64,000 nt of DNA from IMG/VR virus record IMGVR_UViG_3300031993_000048, positions 13,602 through 77,601 of that record; one strand, written 5' to 3'. Origin of the DNA: a virus. Its lineage: Duplodnaviria > Caudoviricetes. Of the stretch, positions 54,438-63,189 are shown piece by piece. The translations under genes and the position numbers were made by a program. Positions within the stretch are counted from its first letter, which is position 1; each line of letters starts with the position of its first letter. The notes beneath the pieces are model-generated. The model was not told the origin of the DNA and ran no database searches. It saw nothing but the letters and a program-made list of their open reading frames with translations.

Positions 54438-54818
54438 ATGAAGATGAAACAAACGCTGCTGACCGCCGCGCTCGCGCTCTGCGCGGGCTGCATGAACCTG
54501 TACGTGAGGAACCCGCTGACCGACGTCAGGATCGACGAGGTCTACAAGTCGACCCGGACCGTCGGCCTCCTGTCGTACGCGATCGCGTTCCCGCAGATAA
54601 TGAACCCCGCCGGGGACGGCGGGTGGATGCTCGCGAACCTGCTCACGATCCCCGTCGGATGCGTCTGCCTCTGCGACGCCGCGTGCGAGGCCGCGATCGA
54701 CACCGTGTGCCTCCCGTACGACTGGCCCGTGTCGGCGAAGCGCGAGGCGGACTGGGAGGAGTGGTGCAGGAAGCGGGCCGAGGACGCCGAACGCGAATAC
54801 GAAAAGGAGACGAGATGA
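54438..54818 (+). CDS. Lipoprotein, YceK/YidQ (DUF1375)-like
   Basis: AGGAG RBS; lipobox LCAGC; C-terminal AAIDTVCLPYD resembles the D-T-x-x-L-P-x-D signature of that family. Confidence 0.62.
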   Translation: MKMKQTLLTAALALCAGCMNLYVRNPLTDVRIDEVYKSTRTVGLLSYAIAFPQIMNPAGDGGWMLANLLTIPVGCVCLCDAACEAAIDTVCLPYDWPVSAKREADWEEWCRKRAEDAEREYEKETR

Positions 54819-57800
54819 AGAGAAGGCTCCAGCTGCTGCTCCTCGGGGTCGCCGCCGCGTGCGGCCTCGCCGCCGCGACCCTGAAGCCCGGGTACGCGTA
54901 CCACGGGAGCCTGCGTCCGACGGACCAGGTGCCCACGAACTACGAGGCGGTCGCCGCGAGCGCCGTCTCGAACGTGCTCGAGGCGATGGACCTGGCGCCC
55001 GTCGTGGTGACGGACGTCGTCGTGGTCGTCTCCAACGTCTACGTCACCACCAACGCCGAGCACTGGATAACGAACAACGTGATGGACGAGTACCGCACGG
55101 TCGTCATAACCAACACGATGCTCACCAACGTCCACCACTACGTGACGAACACTGTCGTCCACAACACCGTCCAGAGCTTCGAGCACTGGCACACGAACTA
55201 CACGCACGAGGTGACGAACGTCTACCACTACGAGACGACGGAGTTCACGAACGTCGTCCGGGAGGTCGAGCTCGTCCCCTACACGAACTTCGTCTACATA
55301 GTGACGAACTTCGTCGAGCGGACGAACTACTACCACTACGTGACGAACGAGGTCCACGAGGTGACGTTCTCCCACCACACGAACTACGTGGACAACGTCA
55401 TATCGAACTTCTGGACGACGAACTACGTGGACAACGTCATATCGAACTTCTGGACGACGAACTACGTGGACAACGTCATATCGAACCTGTACTTCACGAA
55501 CTACGTCACCACGGTCGTCTCCAACCATTACGTCACGAACTACGTGGACAACGTCATATCGAACCTCTACGTGGTCTCCAACTTCGTCGAGCACACCTGG
55601 CACACGAACAACCGGTACGTCGTCAACAACGTCATATCCAACTTCACCGAGCACACCTGGCACACGAACTACGACACGCTCGTCGTCTACGAGTCGACGA
55701 ACTACCTGGTGAACGTGACGACCCACGTCGACCGGGTGGTCCACGAGACCAACATCACGACGGAGGTCATCGCCGACGTCGTGACGAACTACTACGTCGG
55801 GACGATAGGCGACAGCATCTGCTTCACGAACGGGACGTCCCTCTACCTCCTCGAGGCGAACAACAAGCGGTACGCCGAGTACCGGCGCGTGACGGAGACG
55901 AGGGACAGGTACTGGACGGCGCAGAAGTTCGCGCACCTGTACGGCACCAACATGCAGGAGGTGTCCGTCGTCCCCTCGTACTCCCTGACCGTCCCGGACG
56001 TCTTCATCGAGGGGAGCAACGACGCCTTCGTCGTCACGGCCCTCTCGGACGGGACGGTGGTCAGCGCGACGTTCCGCGGAAGCGTGCGCCCGGCGCTCAT
56101 AAACGCGAGCGTCACGGACGGCTACGTCTACACCTACCTCGCCATGCGCGTCGACGGAGGCTGGCTCTCCGTCGCGCAGGACGGGACGACGAACTACTGC
56201 ACGTCCGCGACGGTCCCGGCGCTCGGGGACTGGCTCCTGTTCCCCACCGCCGGGCTGACCGGATCGGGCGCCATGCCGTCGTTCTACAAGGAAGACGGGT
56301 CGTCCACGTCGTTCGGCTGCTACCTCCTGTCGGGCGAGGACGTGCTCGGGGCGAAGGGCGGCTCGGGCGACCTGTACTCCACCCCGTACACGGTCGGCTC
56401 CGGGAAGGGCGCGCTGAAGTCGGGGAAGAACGGGACGTCCTACGCGGGCGCCCCGGCCGGCAACCTCGTCAACTCGCAGTTCATGAGGTTCGACCTCGGG
56501 ACGACGCCGACGACGCTGACCTCCGACGCGTGGGTGCTCGCGAGGGTGCGGAGCCTCGTCGCCTACGACGAGATGACGGGCTACGTCGACAACTACGTGG
56601 CGTGGCACGCCGCCGACGACGTGGTGACGAACGAGACGTTCATGTCGAGGATGGAGGCGGCCATGGCCCCGTACACGCTCGCGTCGTACTCCAACTCCGT
56701 CCGCGCGGCGGAGTCCGCCGCCGACGCGGCCGGCTCGGCGCAGGCGGCCGCCGCGTCCGCCTCGGCGCTCGACGCCTTCCAGTCGTCCGCGCAGAACATG
56801 CTCTCCTCGTACGTGGACCAGGCGACCACGCGCGCGACGGCCGCGGCCAACACGGCCACGTCCATGAGGAACTACGCGAAGACCTACATGAACTCCGCGC
56901 TGGACGCGGCGAACTCCGCGCAGACGACGCTTGTCACGATACAGGACGAGTACGCCAAGGTCGAGACGTTCACGAACTGGTTCTACCAGACGGCGAACTC
57001 CGGCAAGATCATAACGAACATGCACTACCACGTGCACCACTGGGACGTCACGGACGACCGGCGGAACATAGACGGCACGATCTCCATCACCGACACGCGC
57101 AGCGGCATAACCGCGACGGTCCCCTACAAGGTGAAGGAGAGCGGTGCGTCCGGCGTGCAGTGGCCCAACAGCTCGTTCACGTTCCTCACGACGTACAGCG
57201 GGTACGCCACCGCCGGCAACGGCGACACGCTCCAGGTCGTCTACACGAACGACGCGCCCGGGTCGGCGTCCGACGTGTACGTCCACGGGGACAACTATCT
57301 CCTGCACCAGGCCAGCTTCACGCTTCTCCTGAAGAAGAACACGGACGGCGATCCCATCGGATGGCGCGTGTACCGGGCCACGAGCATCTACCACAACTCC
57401 GACATCCTGTCGAACTGGTACGACTACGACCTGTCGTGGGCGAACCCGTCGCACATCGACCAGGCCGACGGCGTGTCCGCGTCCGGCAACCCGACGTACG
57501 CCAGGGCCCCGTACGGACTGGTCCGCGACATGGCGAACGTACGGGCCGTCATCCCGCCCCTGGCGGCCTTCGCGACCAACACCTACGACGCGGTGACGAA
57601 CCTCGCCCCGTATGCCGCGACTACGCGCGACATGGCGACGAACCTCGCCCTGTACGCGACCAACACGTACGCCGCGGTGACGAATCTCGCCCCGTACGCC
57701 ACGAATACGCACGACACGGTGACGAACCTCGCCCTGTACGCGACCAACACCTACAGCGCGGTGACGAACCTCGAGAACATGGTGACGAACAGGGTCGACG

Positions 57801-58246
57801 CGCAGATCGCGTGGGACACCGGGTCGCGCGTCGTCCTGTACATCACGAAGTTCCTGTCGGGCGACTCGCAGAAGAAGACGATGTACGCGGCGAGCTACGA
57901 CAGCGTGCTGTCGGCCTCGTCCGCCATGCTGACCTTCGACAGCGCGCACGACGTGGAGACCGGGCAGACCGGCTCCTCCGACCCGAAGGTCTGCCGCATC
58001 TCCGCGGTCGGCTGGTACGGGTCGGGGTCGAGCTACGCCAAGCTCGGGATCCGGCTGGACTACGACACGGGGACGACGGCCACGAACTGGATCAACACCG
58101 GCACCGCCGCGTCCACGCTGTTCCGGGCGTCCGGGTACGTCAAGACGCTGTCGAACCAATACATGTACACGTCGCCGTCGGCCAGCGGAAGCAGCAGCCG
58201 CACGATCAGCGGGACCCTGCGCGTGCTTCCGAAGGGGACCTACTGA
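54815..58246 (+). CDS. Signal-peptide-bearing, Thr-Asn-rich fibre/adhesin protein (1,143 aa)
   Basis: MKRRLQLLLLGVAAACGLAAA signal; TN-repeat region; beta domains; Ala-rich coil; ATNT/VTNL heptad stalk; C-terminal beta domain. Confidence 0.78.
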   Translation: MKRRLQLLLLGVAAACGLAAATLKPGYAYHGSLRPTDQVPTNYEAVAASAVSNVLEAMDLAPVVVTDVVVVVSNVYVTTNAEHWITNNVMDEYRTVVITNTMLTNVHHYVTNTVVHNTVQSFEHWHTNYTHEVTNVYHYETTEFTNVVREVELVPYTNFVYIVTNFVERTNYYHYVTNEVHEVTFSHHTNYVDNVISNFWTTNYVDNVISNFWTTNYVDNVISNLYFTNYVTTVVSNHYVTNYVDNVISNLYVVSNFVEHTWHTNNRYVVNNVISNFTEHTWHTNYDTLVVYESTNYLVNVTTHVDRVVHETNITTEVIADVVTNYYVGTIGDSICFTNGTSLYLLEANNKRYAEYRRVTETRDRYWTAQKFAHLYGTNMQEVSVVPSYSLTVPDVFIEGSNDAFVVTALSDGTVVSATFRGSVRPALINASVTDGYVYTYLAMRVDGGWLSVAQDGTTNYCTSATVPALGDWLLFPTAGLTGSGAMPSFYKEDGSSTSFGCYLLSGEDVLGAKGGSGDLYSTPYTVGSGKGALKSGKNGTSYAGAPAGNLVNSQFMRFDLGTTPTTLTSDAWVLARVRSLVAYDEMTGYVDNYVAWHAADDVVTNETFMSRMEAAMAPYTLASYSNSVRAAESAADAAGSAQAAAASASALDAFQSSAQNMLSSYVDQATTRATAAANTATSMRNYAKTYMNSALDAANSAQTTLVTIQDEYAKVETFTNWFYQTANSGKIITNMHYHVHHWDVTDDRRNIDGTISITDTRSGITATVPYKVKESGASGVQWPNSSFTFLTTYSGYATAGNGDTLQVVYTNDAPGSASDVYVHGDNYLLHQASFTLLLKKNTDGDPIGWRVYRATSIYHNSDILSNWYDYDLSWANPSHIDQADGVSASGNPTYARAPYGLVRDMANVRAVIPPLAAFATNTYDAVTNLAPYAATTRDMATNLALYATNTYAAVTNLAPYATNTHDTVTNLALYATNTYSAVTNLENMVTNRVDAQIAWDTGSRVVLYITKFLSGDSQKKTMYAASYDSVLSASSAMLTFDSAHDVETGQTGSSDPKVCRISAVGWYGSGSSYAKLGIRLDYDTGTTATNWINTGTAASTLFRASGYVKTLSNQYMYTSPSASGSSSRTISGTLRVLPKGTY
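55379..55570 (+). repeat. 39-nt (13-codon) tandem repeats encoding TNYVDNVISNxxx
   Basis: ACGAACTACGTGGACAACGTCATATCGAAC starts at 55379, 55418, 55457 and 55535 (spacings 39, 39, 78). Confidence 0.92.
57572..57790 (+). repeat. 42-nt (14-aa) degenerate repeats forming an Asn-layer trimeric coiled-coil stalk
   Basis: ATNTYDAVTNLAPY AATTRDMATNLALY ATNTYAAVTNLAPY ATNTHDTVTNLALY ATNTYSAVTNLENM. Confidence 0.85.
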
Positions 58247-59580
58247 TTCCCCTCGCAGTACAGCATCCGCACCTTCGGGTCCCGGCGGAACGCCTCCTGC
58301 TCCCACGACACGTCGTGGCATTTGTTGACCACGAACCCGTTCGTGTTCCCGAAGAAGTTGACGAGGCAGATCGTGGCGTCCGGCCAGCGGTCCCGGAGGA
58401 TCGCGTACGTCTGGTAGCCGGCGGTCGGGTTCTTCACGACCCTCGCCGCCCGCAGGGCCCGCGTCGCCCGCGTGTGGACGATCTCCCCGTCCACCGTCGC
58501 GACCGTCGGGTTCGCGCAGTTCCACGGCGTCCAGTGCACCGTGAGCGTGTCGTGCCTTCCCTTCCAGCCCCGCTGCGCGAGGTAGAGCGGGATCTCCCCA
58601 TGCCACGACGGGCCGAACGGGGCGTCCCTGCACTCGTTGTGCACGGTCAGGATCCTCGGGGACTTCTCGACGAGCCGCCAGCCGCTCTCGTTCTCGCGGA
58701 ACGCCCGGCACTTGTTGGCGAAGACGAGAAGCCGCTTCGACGGATCGGGCTCCGCGTCCGCGACGAGCCTCTCGTAGTCGTGTTCCCTGCGCACGGCGGA
58801 CGAGAAGACGAAGACCGTCCTCGGCGGGACGTCCGGGATGCAGAGGCGCTCGCGCACCTCCGGCCTCGGGTCGAACAGGAACATCGGAAGGTGCCCGCGC
58901 GTTATCGACATCAGCGTCTCCATGCTCGTGCAGCCCTCGGCCGGGAGGTCGGACGGCCTGTCCCACGCGAACCTCGCCTGCTCCGCCCTCGGGCAGTAGA
59001 CGGGCTCCGGCATGGCGACGCGGTTGGCGCGGGGGAGCCCGCCCGACAGGACCACGTCCTCGTACATGCCACCGCGCGACCTCACGTCGAACCGGCTCGC
59101 CACGACGCGGCGGACGAACTCCCTCATCGCGGGGACCCTGCGCATCGACATCTCGTCGCGCCCGCCCCTGGGGGCGTCGAGGCCCCTCGTCCATTCCGAG
59201 CCGGACGCGGCGAGCGACAGCCACGGCGCGGCGAGGTAGTCGTACTCCCGCTCCATCCACCAGTCGAGCGCGTCGTACAGCGGCCACGTCTGGCGGAGGG
59301 ACGCCACGACCACGTAGTCGTAGCCGGAGAACAGGTCGTAGAACTCCGGCGTCAGGCGCGTCAGCCCGCGGTCCCGCACCCCGCTCACGCAGGCGGCCGG
59401 CACGTTTCGGACATGCGCCGGCGCGAGCGCGTCGAGATACGCGTCCGTGCCCTCCATCCCCTCCGGCGCCATCAGGAAGAACGGGCGGTCGGGGAACACC
59501 CGGCGGTACTGGACCGCGGCGGCCAGGATCCTGGCCGACGGCCTCGCCTCCTCGGCGAAAAAGCAAAAGCAGCAGTTCAT
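58240..59580 (-). CDS. Putative glycosyltransferase fusion: DUF5672-like N-domain plus GT29/sialyltransferase-like C-domain (446 aa)
   Basis: Start MNCCF at 59580 overlaps the upstream gene stop. YDYLAAPW...SMRRV...YEDVV resembles DUF5672 (YDYIGAPW...SLR...ED). PTAGY...CLVNF...HDVSWE resembles GT29 motifs S and VS. Confidence 0.55.
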   Translation of the reverse strand: MNCCFCFFAEEARPSARILAAAVQYRRVFPDRPFFLMAPEGMEGTDAYLDALAPAHVRNVPAACVSGVRDRGLTRLTPEFYDLFSGYDYVVVASLRQTWPLYDALDWWMEREYDYLAAPWLSLAASGSEWTRGLDAPRGGRDEMSMRRVPAMREFVRRVVASRFDVRSRGGMYEDVVLSGGLPRANRVAMPEPVYCPRAEQARFAWDRPSDLPAEGCTSMETLMSITRGHLPMFLFDPRPEVRERLCIPDVPPRTVFVFSSAVRREHDYERLVADAEPDPSKRLLVFANKCRAFRENESGWRLVEKSPRILTVHNECRDAPFGPSWHGEIPLYLAQRGWKGRHDTLTVHWTPWNCANPTVATVDGEIVHTRATRALRAARVVKNPTAGYQTYAILRDRWPDATICLVNFFGNTNGFVVNKCHDVSWEQEAFRRDPKVRMLYCEGNQ

Positions 59581-60347
59581 GCGTACGTCTCCTCGGCGCG
59601 CCTGCGCCACCTGTCCCGCACCCACTTCTTGCGCAGCGGCCCGGCGTAGTGGACCGCGTACGCGACCTTCGCGTACTCCAGCTCGCGCCCGTCCCTCACC
59701 ACGTCCTTCGGCACGATCTGGTGGAACTCGCGCGGGAAGAACCAGCGGCGCAGGTACACGAGCGCGGCGTGCTCCTCCGGCAGGAACAGCCTGTAGCGTT
59801 CCGAGGCGGCCAGCGCCCCCCGCAGCGCGTCGACGAACCCGGCGCGCCAGCCGGGGCGGCAGACGACGAGGCCCGTGTTGGAGTACGGCACCCGCGCCCC
59901 GTACCACAGGTTCGCGAACGGCGCGGGCGTGCCGCTCCACAGGCGGTGGGCCGGGCCGGCCACGCCGAGGTGCAGCCCCACGTCGGCGTCGTCCGGGAAC
60001 GGAAGCTGGCCGAGGCCGGCGAAGCGTCCGTCGAACACCTCGATGTCCCCGTCCATCGCGACGACGCGGTCGTACGACGCGAACTCCGGGCACATGCCGA
60101 GGATGAACTTCCCGAACACCAGCAGCGGGAACTTCCCGTTCCCCCTGCATTTCGCCAGGGGGTCGACGTCCTTCCCGTACACCTCGCGGAACGTCCCGGA
60201 GATGTCCACGGCCCCCTCCCGCCTCCCCGCCGTGCACACGAACACGTCGACGTCCCCGCAGTGGTGACGGAGGGACGCCTCCGACCACGCGAACATGTCG
60301 AGGTCGTTCTTGAGGTCGGTGAGGTAGCAGTAGGCGACCCGGTTCAT
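59577..60347 (-). CDS. GT8-like (GT-A fold) glycosyltransferase (256 aa)
   Basis: FGKFIL...YDRVVAMDGDIEV (DxD motif), YSNTGLVV (NxG) and AVHYAGPLRKKW (HyxGxxKPW-like). Confidence 0.8.
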   Translation of the reverse strand: MNRVAYCYLTDLKNDLDMFAWSEASLRHHCGDVDVFVCTAGRREGAVDISGTFREVYGKDVDPLAKCRGNGKFPLLVFGKFILGMCPEFASYDRVVAMDGDIEVFDGRFAGLGQLPFPDDADVGLHLGVAGPAHRLWSGTPAPFANLWYGARVPYSNTGLVVCRPGWRAGFVDALRGALAASERYRLFLPEEHAALVYLRRWFFPREFHQIVPKDVVRDGRELEYAKVAYAVHYAGPLRKKWVRDRWRRRAEETYA

Positions 60348-60790
60348 GGCAGCCCGCACATCCCGTAGAGGAACCCGAGGAACTTCCCGTACACGTGTTC
60401 CAGGAGGTACGCGGCCGCCTCGTCGTGGTCGCCCCTCTCGACCCCGAGGTGCGAGAGCGCGGAGTTGACGAGGTGGTACGTCTCGTGGGCGAGGACGGCG
60501 TGGTCCTCCACCGCGCTCTTGCCTCTCGGGTAGAACTGCGGTATGCGCACGAACCGGTAGGTCGACCCGTCGTTCCCCGTGATGACGATATGGTCGGCGT
60601 ACGCCGTCTCGTCGCGGGGGCCGAGCTCGACCCGTCCGTCCTCCTCGAGCCTGTCCGGCCACGCCTGGCGCATCTTCCGCGTCAGCCACTCCTCCGTGCA
60701 CTTCTCGAGCGGGCCGAGTATGAGCCCTATGTGGAGCCCGTACACGTCCGTGTCGAAGTGCCAGAACTTGAGTTTCGCGTCAGCCACCAT
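60344..60790 (-). CDS. Small zincin-like HExxH protein (148 aa)
   Basis: VLAHETYHLV...DHDEAAAYLL. Confidence 0.7.
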   Translation of the reverse strand: MVADAKLKFWHFDTDVYGLHIGLILGPLEKCTEEWLTRKMRQAWPDRLEEDGRVELGPRDETAYADHIVITGNDGSTYRFVRIPQFYPRGKSAVEDHAVLAHETYHLVNSALSHLGVERGDHDEAAAYLLEHVYGKFLGFLYGMCGLP

Positions 60791-61181
60791 TCAGCTCCAA
60801 CCACCCGTCCGAGTTCACGGTGACGTTGCTGCCAAGCGGCAAGTAGTTCGTCGCCTCGAGCACGCGCTGCCGCGTTTCGCGGACGTAGTCCTCGAGGATG
60901 TCGAACCGGTTCGTCGTGTAGATCGCGTCCGACAGGTAGTTGGTGATCGTCACGAGCGGCATCGGCGTCACCTTCGGGCAGTCGCACTCGACGCGGGCGG
61001 GCTGCGGCAGCTTCTGCCAGATCGGGCCGTCGTGTCCCGTCACCATGCGCTGCTCGTACCCGAGCTCGGCCATGCGGTGCATGTGCCAGAAGTTCAGGAA
61101 CGTGCAGCCGAGTATGAGGAGCGCGATCGTCCCGAGAAGCCCGGCCATGAGCGACAGGTAGAACTTCGCCTCATCGTCCAT
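60780..61181 (-). CDS. Membrane-anchored hypothetical protein (133 aa)
   Basis: N-terminal TM segment FYLSLMAGLLGTIALLILGCTFL. Confidence 0.7.
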   Translation of the reverse strand: MDDEAKFYLSLMAGLLGTIALLILGCTFLNFWHMHRMAELGYEQRMVTGHDGPIWQKLPQPARVECDCPKVTPMPLVTITNYLSDAIYTTNRFDILEDYVRETRQRVLEATNYLPLGSNVTVNSDGWLELNGG

Positions 61182-61656
61182 CGGCGGCCCTCCACGAATC
61201 CATCAGCTCGTCGGGCACGCGCCCGAGGACGCACCCGGTGTTCGGCTCGACCTGCACGACGCGGTCGTCGAAGAGGTTCAGCATGAGGTAGTCCTTCTCG
61301 TGCGTGATCTCCGGCACGAATCCGAGGCAGCGCCAGCACCAGTCCTGTATGAACTCGCGCGCGGTCCACGGCTTCGGGTCGAGTGCCCACGGCATGTCGC
61401 TCGGGCTCTCGATGCACCAGTTGTTCTCGCGGTACGGGTTCGGCTTCGTCTCCGGCTCCGGGCGCGGCGAGACGCGGGCGGTGAGTATCTTCACCCGCAG
61501 CCCGGCCTTGTGCATCTGCTCCACGAGCTTCGTCATCCTGCGGATCGGCGGGCCGATGTGGTCGATCCCCCGCCAGCGGTCGTACACCGCCAGCGTCCCG
61601 TCGAGGTCGAAGCCGTACCAGCCCTGCCCCGTTGCCCCATGTGTGTCATTTGCCAT
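61171..61656 (-). CDS. HAD-superfamily phosphatase-like phage protein (161 aa)
   Basis: Motif I GFDLDGTLA, motif II ILTAR and motif IV FDDR. Confidence 0.82.
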   Translation of the reverse strand: MANDTHGATGQGWYGFDLDGTLAVYDRWRGIDHIGPPIRRMTKLVEQMHKAGLRVKILTARVSPRPEPETKPNPYRENNWCIESPSDMPWALDPKPWTAREFIQDWCWRCLGFVPEITHEKDYLMLNLFDDRVVQVEPNTGCVLGRVPDELMDSWRAADGR

Positions 61657-61927
61657 TAGCGTTTCTCCTGTCGTTCAGCCTTTTCGCCCTTATGAGAATC
61701 GTGCCGTACCGGCAGGCGGGCGATCCCGCCGTGCACGGCCTTGCCGAGATCGGGCACCACCGCCGCGGGCAGTCCCACTTGGGGCACTCGCCGCACTTCG
61801 CGGAATCCCTTCTCGCTCCGGGAACGGGCGCGAACCCGTTCTCCACGCTCCGCACCGGACGCCCGCGCCGTCGCTTCGGCACGTCCTCGTCCGGCAGAAG
61901 ATCCTCTTCCCCAGTCTCGTCCCTCAT
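61646..61927 (-). CDS. AT-hook-like/Cys-rich small protein (93 aa)
   Basis: Contains RRRGRPVR and CGECPKWDCPRRWCPISARPCTAGSPAC; start at MRDE (61927) chosen. Confidence 0.6.
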   Translation of the reverse strand: MRDETGEEDLLPDEDVPKRRRGRPVRSVENGFAPVPGARRDSAKCGECPKWDCPRRWCPISARPCTAGSPACRYGTILIRAKRLNDRRNANGK

Positions 61928-61944
61928 GGAACGTCGTCCTCCTT

Positions 61945-62106
61945 CTATTGGCGCTCGCCGACATGGACCCTCCGCAGCTCCGTCAGTTCGCATCCGGGAT
62001 GGTCCCGCTCGAACTCCCGCACCGCCGTCCCGGCCGTGTCGGCCGCGTACCTCGTGGTCGTCAGCTTGCCGCCGCCGTTTATGTATTCTATCGCGTACAC
62101 GTGCAT
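61945..62106 (-). CDS. Small hypothetical protein (53 aa)
   Basis: MHVYAIEYINGGGK...; fills the gap and overlaps the neighbouring stop codon. Confidence 0.55.
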   Translation of the reverse strand: MHVYAIEYINGGGKLTTTRYAADTAGTAVREFERDHPGCELTELRRVHVGERQ

Positions 62107-62321
62107 CAGAATGTTCCCTCCACCCCGACTTCGACCGCGACCTCGTCGCCGAGGTCGTTCAGCCTGACGAACGGGCGCGGGTCGGGGATCCGCGGCCCGT
62201 CGTCCCTCTTTCCGAACGCGGCCTGCTCCTCCGGCGTGAGCGGCCTCGTCATCGCGTCCCATACGGGCGTGATGTCCCTGCCGCTGCGCGCGTTTCGGAG
62301 CATGACCTCGTCCGGGTTCAC
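62106..62321 (-). CDS. Small hypothetical protein (71 aa)
   Basis: GTG start overlapping the upstream TGA; GGAGG RBS on the minus strand. Confidence 0.55.
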   Translation of the reverse strand: MNPDEVMLRNARSGRDITPVWDAMTRPLTPEEQAAFGKRDDGPRIPDPRPFVRLNDLGDEVAVEVGVEGTF

Positions 62322-62584
62322 GGGGCGTCCTCCCCTCCGAGCAGCCCCGCGATCTTCTCGGCCATCTCGAACCCGAGCTGGCTCAAGCGCGTCCACCATA
62401 TCCACACGGTCCACATCAGCAGCCCGGCGGGCCACAGCAGGACGGTGATCCACACGCCGATCACGTCGCCGACGCGCATGTTCTCCTCGCAGTACGGCTC
62501 CCTGCCGAACAGCGACAGGAAGAACGGCGCGAACGCCACGCCGAACGCGTATATGGCCGCGCACGCCAGGAAGAACGTCCTCAT
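62318..62584 (-). CDS. Small two-TM membrane protein (88 aa)
   Basis: MRTFFLACAAIYAFGVAFAPFFL and VIGVWITVLLWPAGLLMWTVWIWW hydrophobic segments. Confidence 0.7.
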   Translation of the reverse strand: MRTFFLACAAIYAFGVAFAPFFLSLFGREPYCEENMRVGDVIGVWITVLLWPAGLLMWTVWIWWTRLSQLGFEMAEKIAGLLGGEDAP

Positions 62585-63189
62585 CGTCCCACCTCGTCGT
62601 ACTGCGACGCCAGCATGTCCGCCGTGTGCGTCGCGATGACCTCGAGCGGGAACTCGGAGACGGCGGCGTCGAGGTGGCGGACGTCGTACTCCTCGCCGAC
62701 GCGCCACGCGCCCATGTGGTACACGATGCACACACGCTCGACGTACGAGACCGGGTGCCCGAGGAAATCGGGGGCGAGCATCGCCGAGAGCGTGCCGTGC
62801 CCCGGGAACATCGGGCGTAGCTTCATGATCTCCCTGCCGTCGGCCTTGAAGTCGTACGCCTGCATCTTGCACAGGTCGTGGCACATGCCGATGACGTACG
62901 GCGAGCCCGAGTTCGACCAGGCGATCTTGAGGTCGCCCGTCAGCTGGAGGAGCCGGTCGGTCACGTTCATCGAGTGGATGGCGAGCCCGCCCCTCACGGC
63001 GAGGTGGTGGCCCGCCGACGCCGGGGCGTTCAGGTAGCACATCATGTACCCGCTGTAGTCCAAAAGGAGCGGCTGGCATACGCCGGCGAACGCGAGGTAC
63101 TTGGCGAGCTTGTCGACCTGCTCGTCGGTGAACCACGACAGGCCGTACAGTTCGCGCAGCCGCGCCTTGATCGCTTCGATGTCGACCAT
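62581..63189 (-). CDS. HD-domain phosphohydrolase (202 aa)
   Basis: APASAGHHLAVRGGLAIHS...GMCHDLCK...GHG...YHMG, the typical phage HD hydrolase pattern. Confidence 0.85.
   Translation of the reverse strand: MVDIEAIKARLRELYGLSWFTDEQVDKLAKYLAFAGVCQPLLLDYSGYMMCYLNAPASAGHHLAVRGGLAIHSMNVTDRLLQLTGDLKIAWSNSGSPYVIGMCHDLCKMQAYDFKADGREIMKLRPMFPGHGTLSAMLAPDFLGHPVSYVERVCIVYHMGAWRVGEEYDVRHLDAAVSEFPLEVIATHTADMLASQYDEVGR

Noticed and set aside
55379-55570. Regularly spaced 30-nt repeats resembling a CRISPR array or DGR template/variable repeat
   Set aside because: The repeats are in-frame coding units with 9-nt variable parts, too short for spacers. No cas or reverse transcriptase gene and no adenine-specific mismatch pattern were seen.
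54859-59649. Long + and - strand ORFs overlapping the fibre and GT genes (54859-59649 +, 54542-59566 -)
   Set aside because: Shadow frames with low-complexity Arg-rich translations; better-supported genes with motifs occupy the same space.
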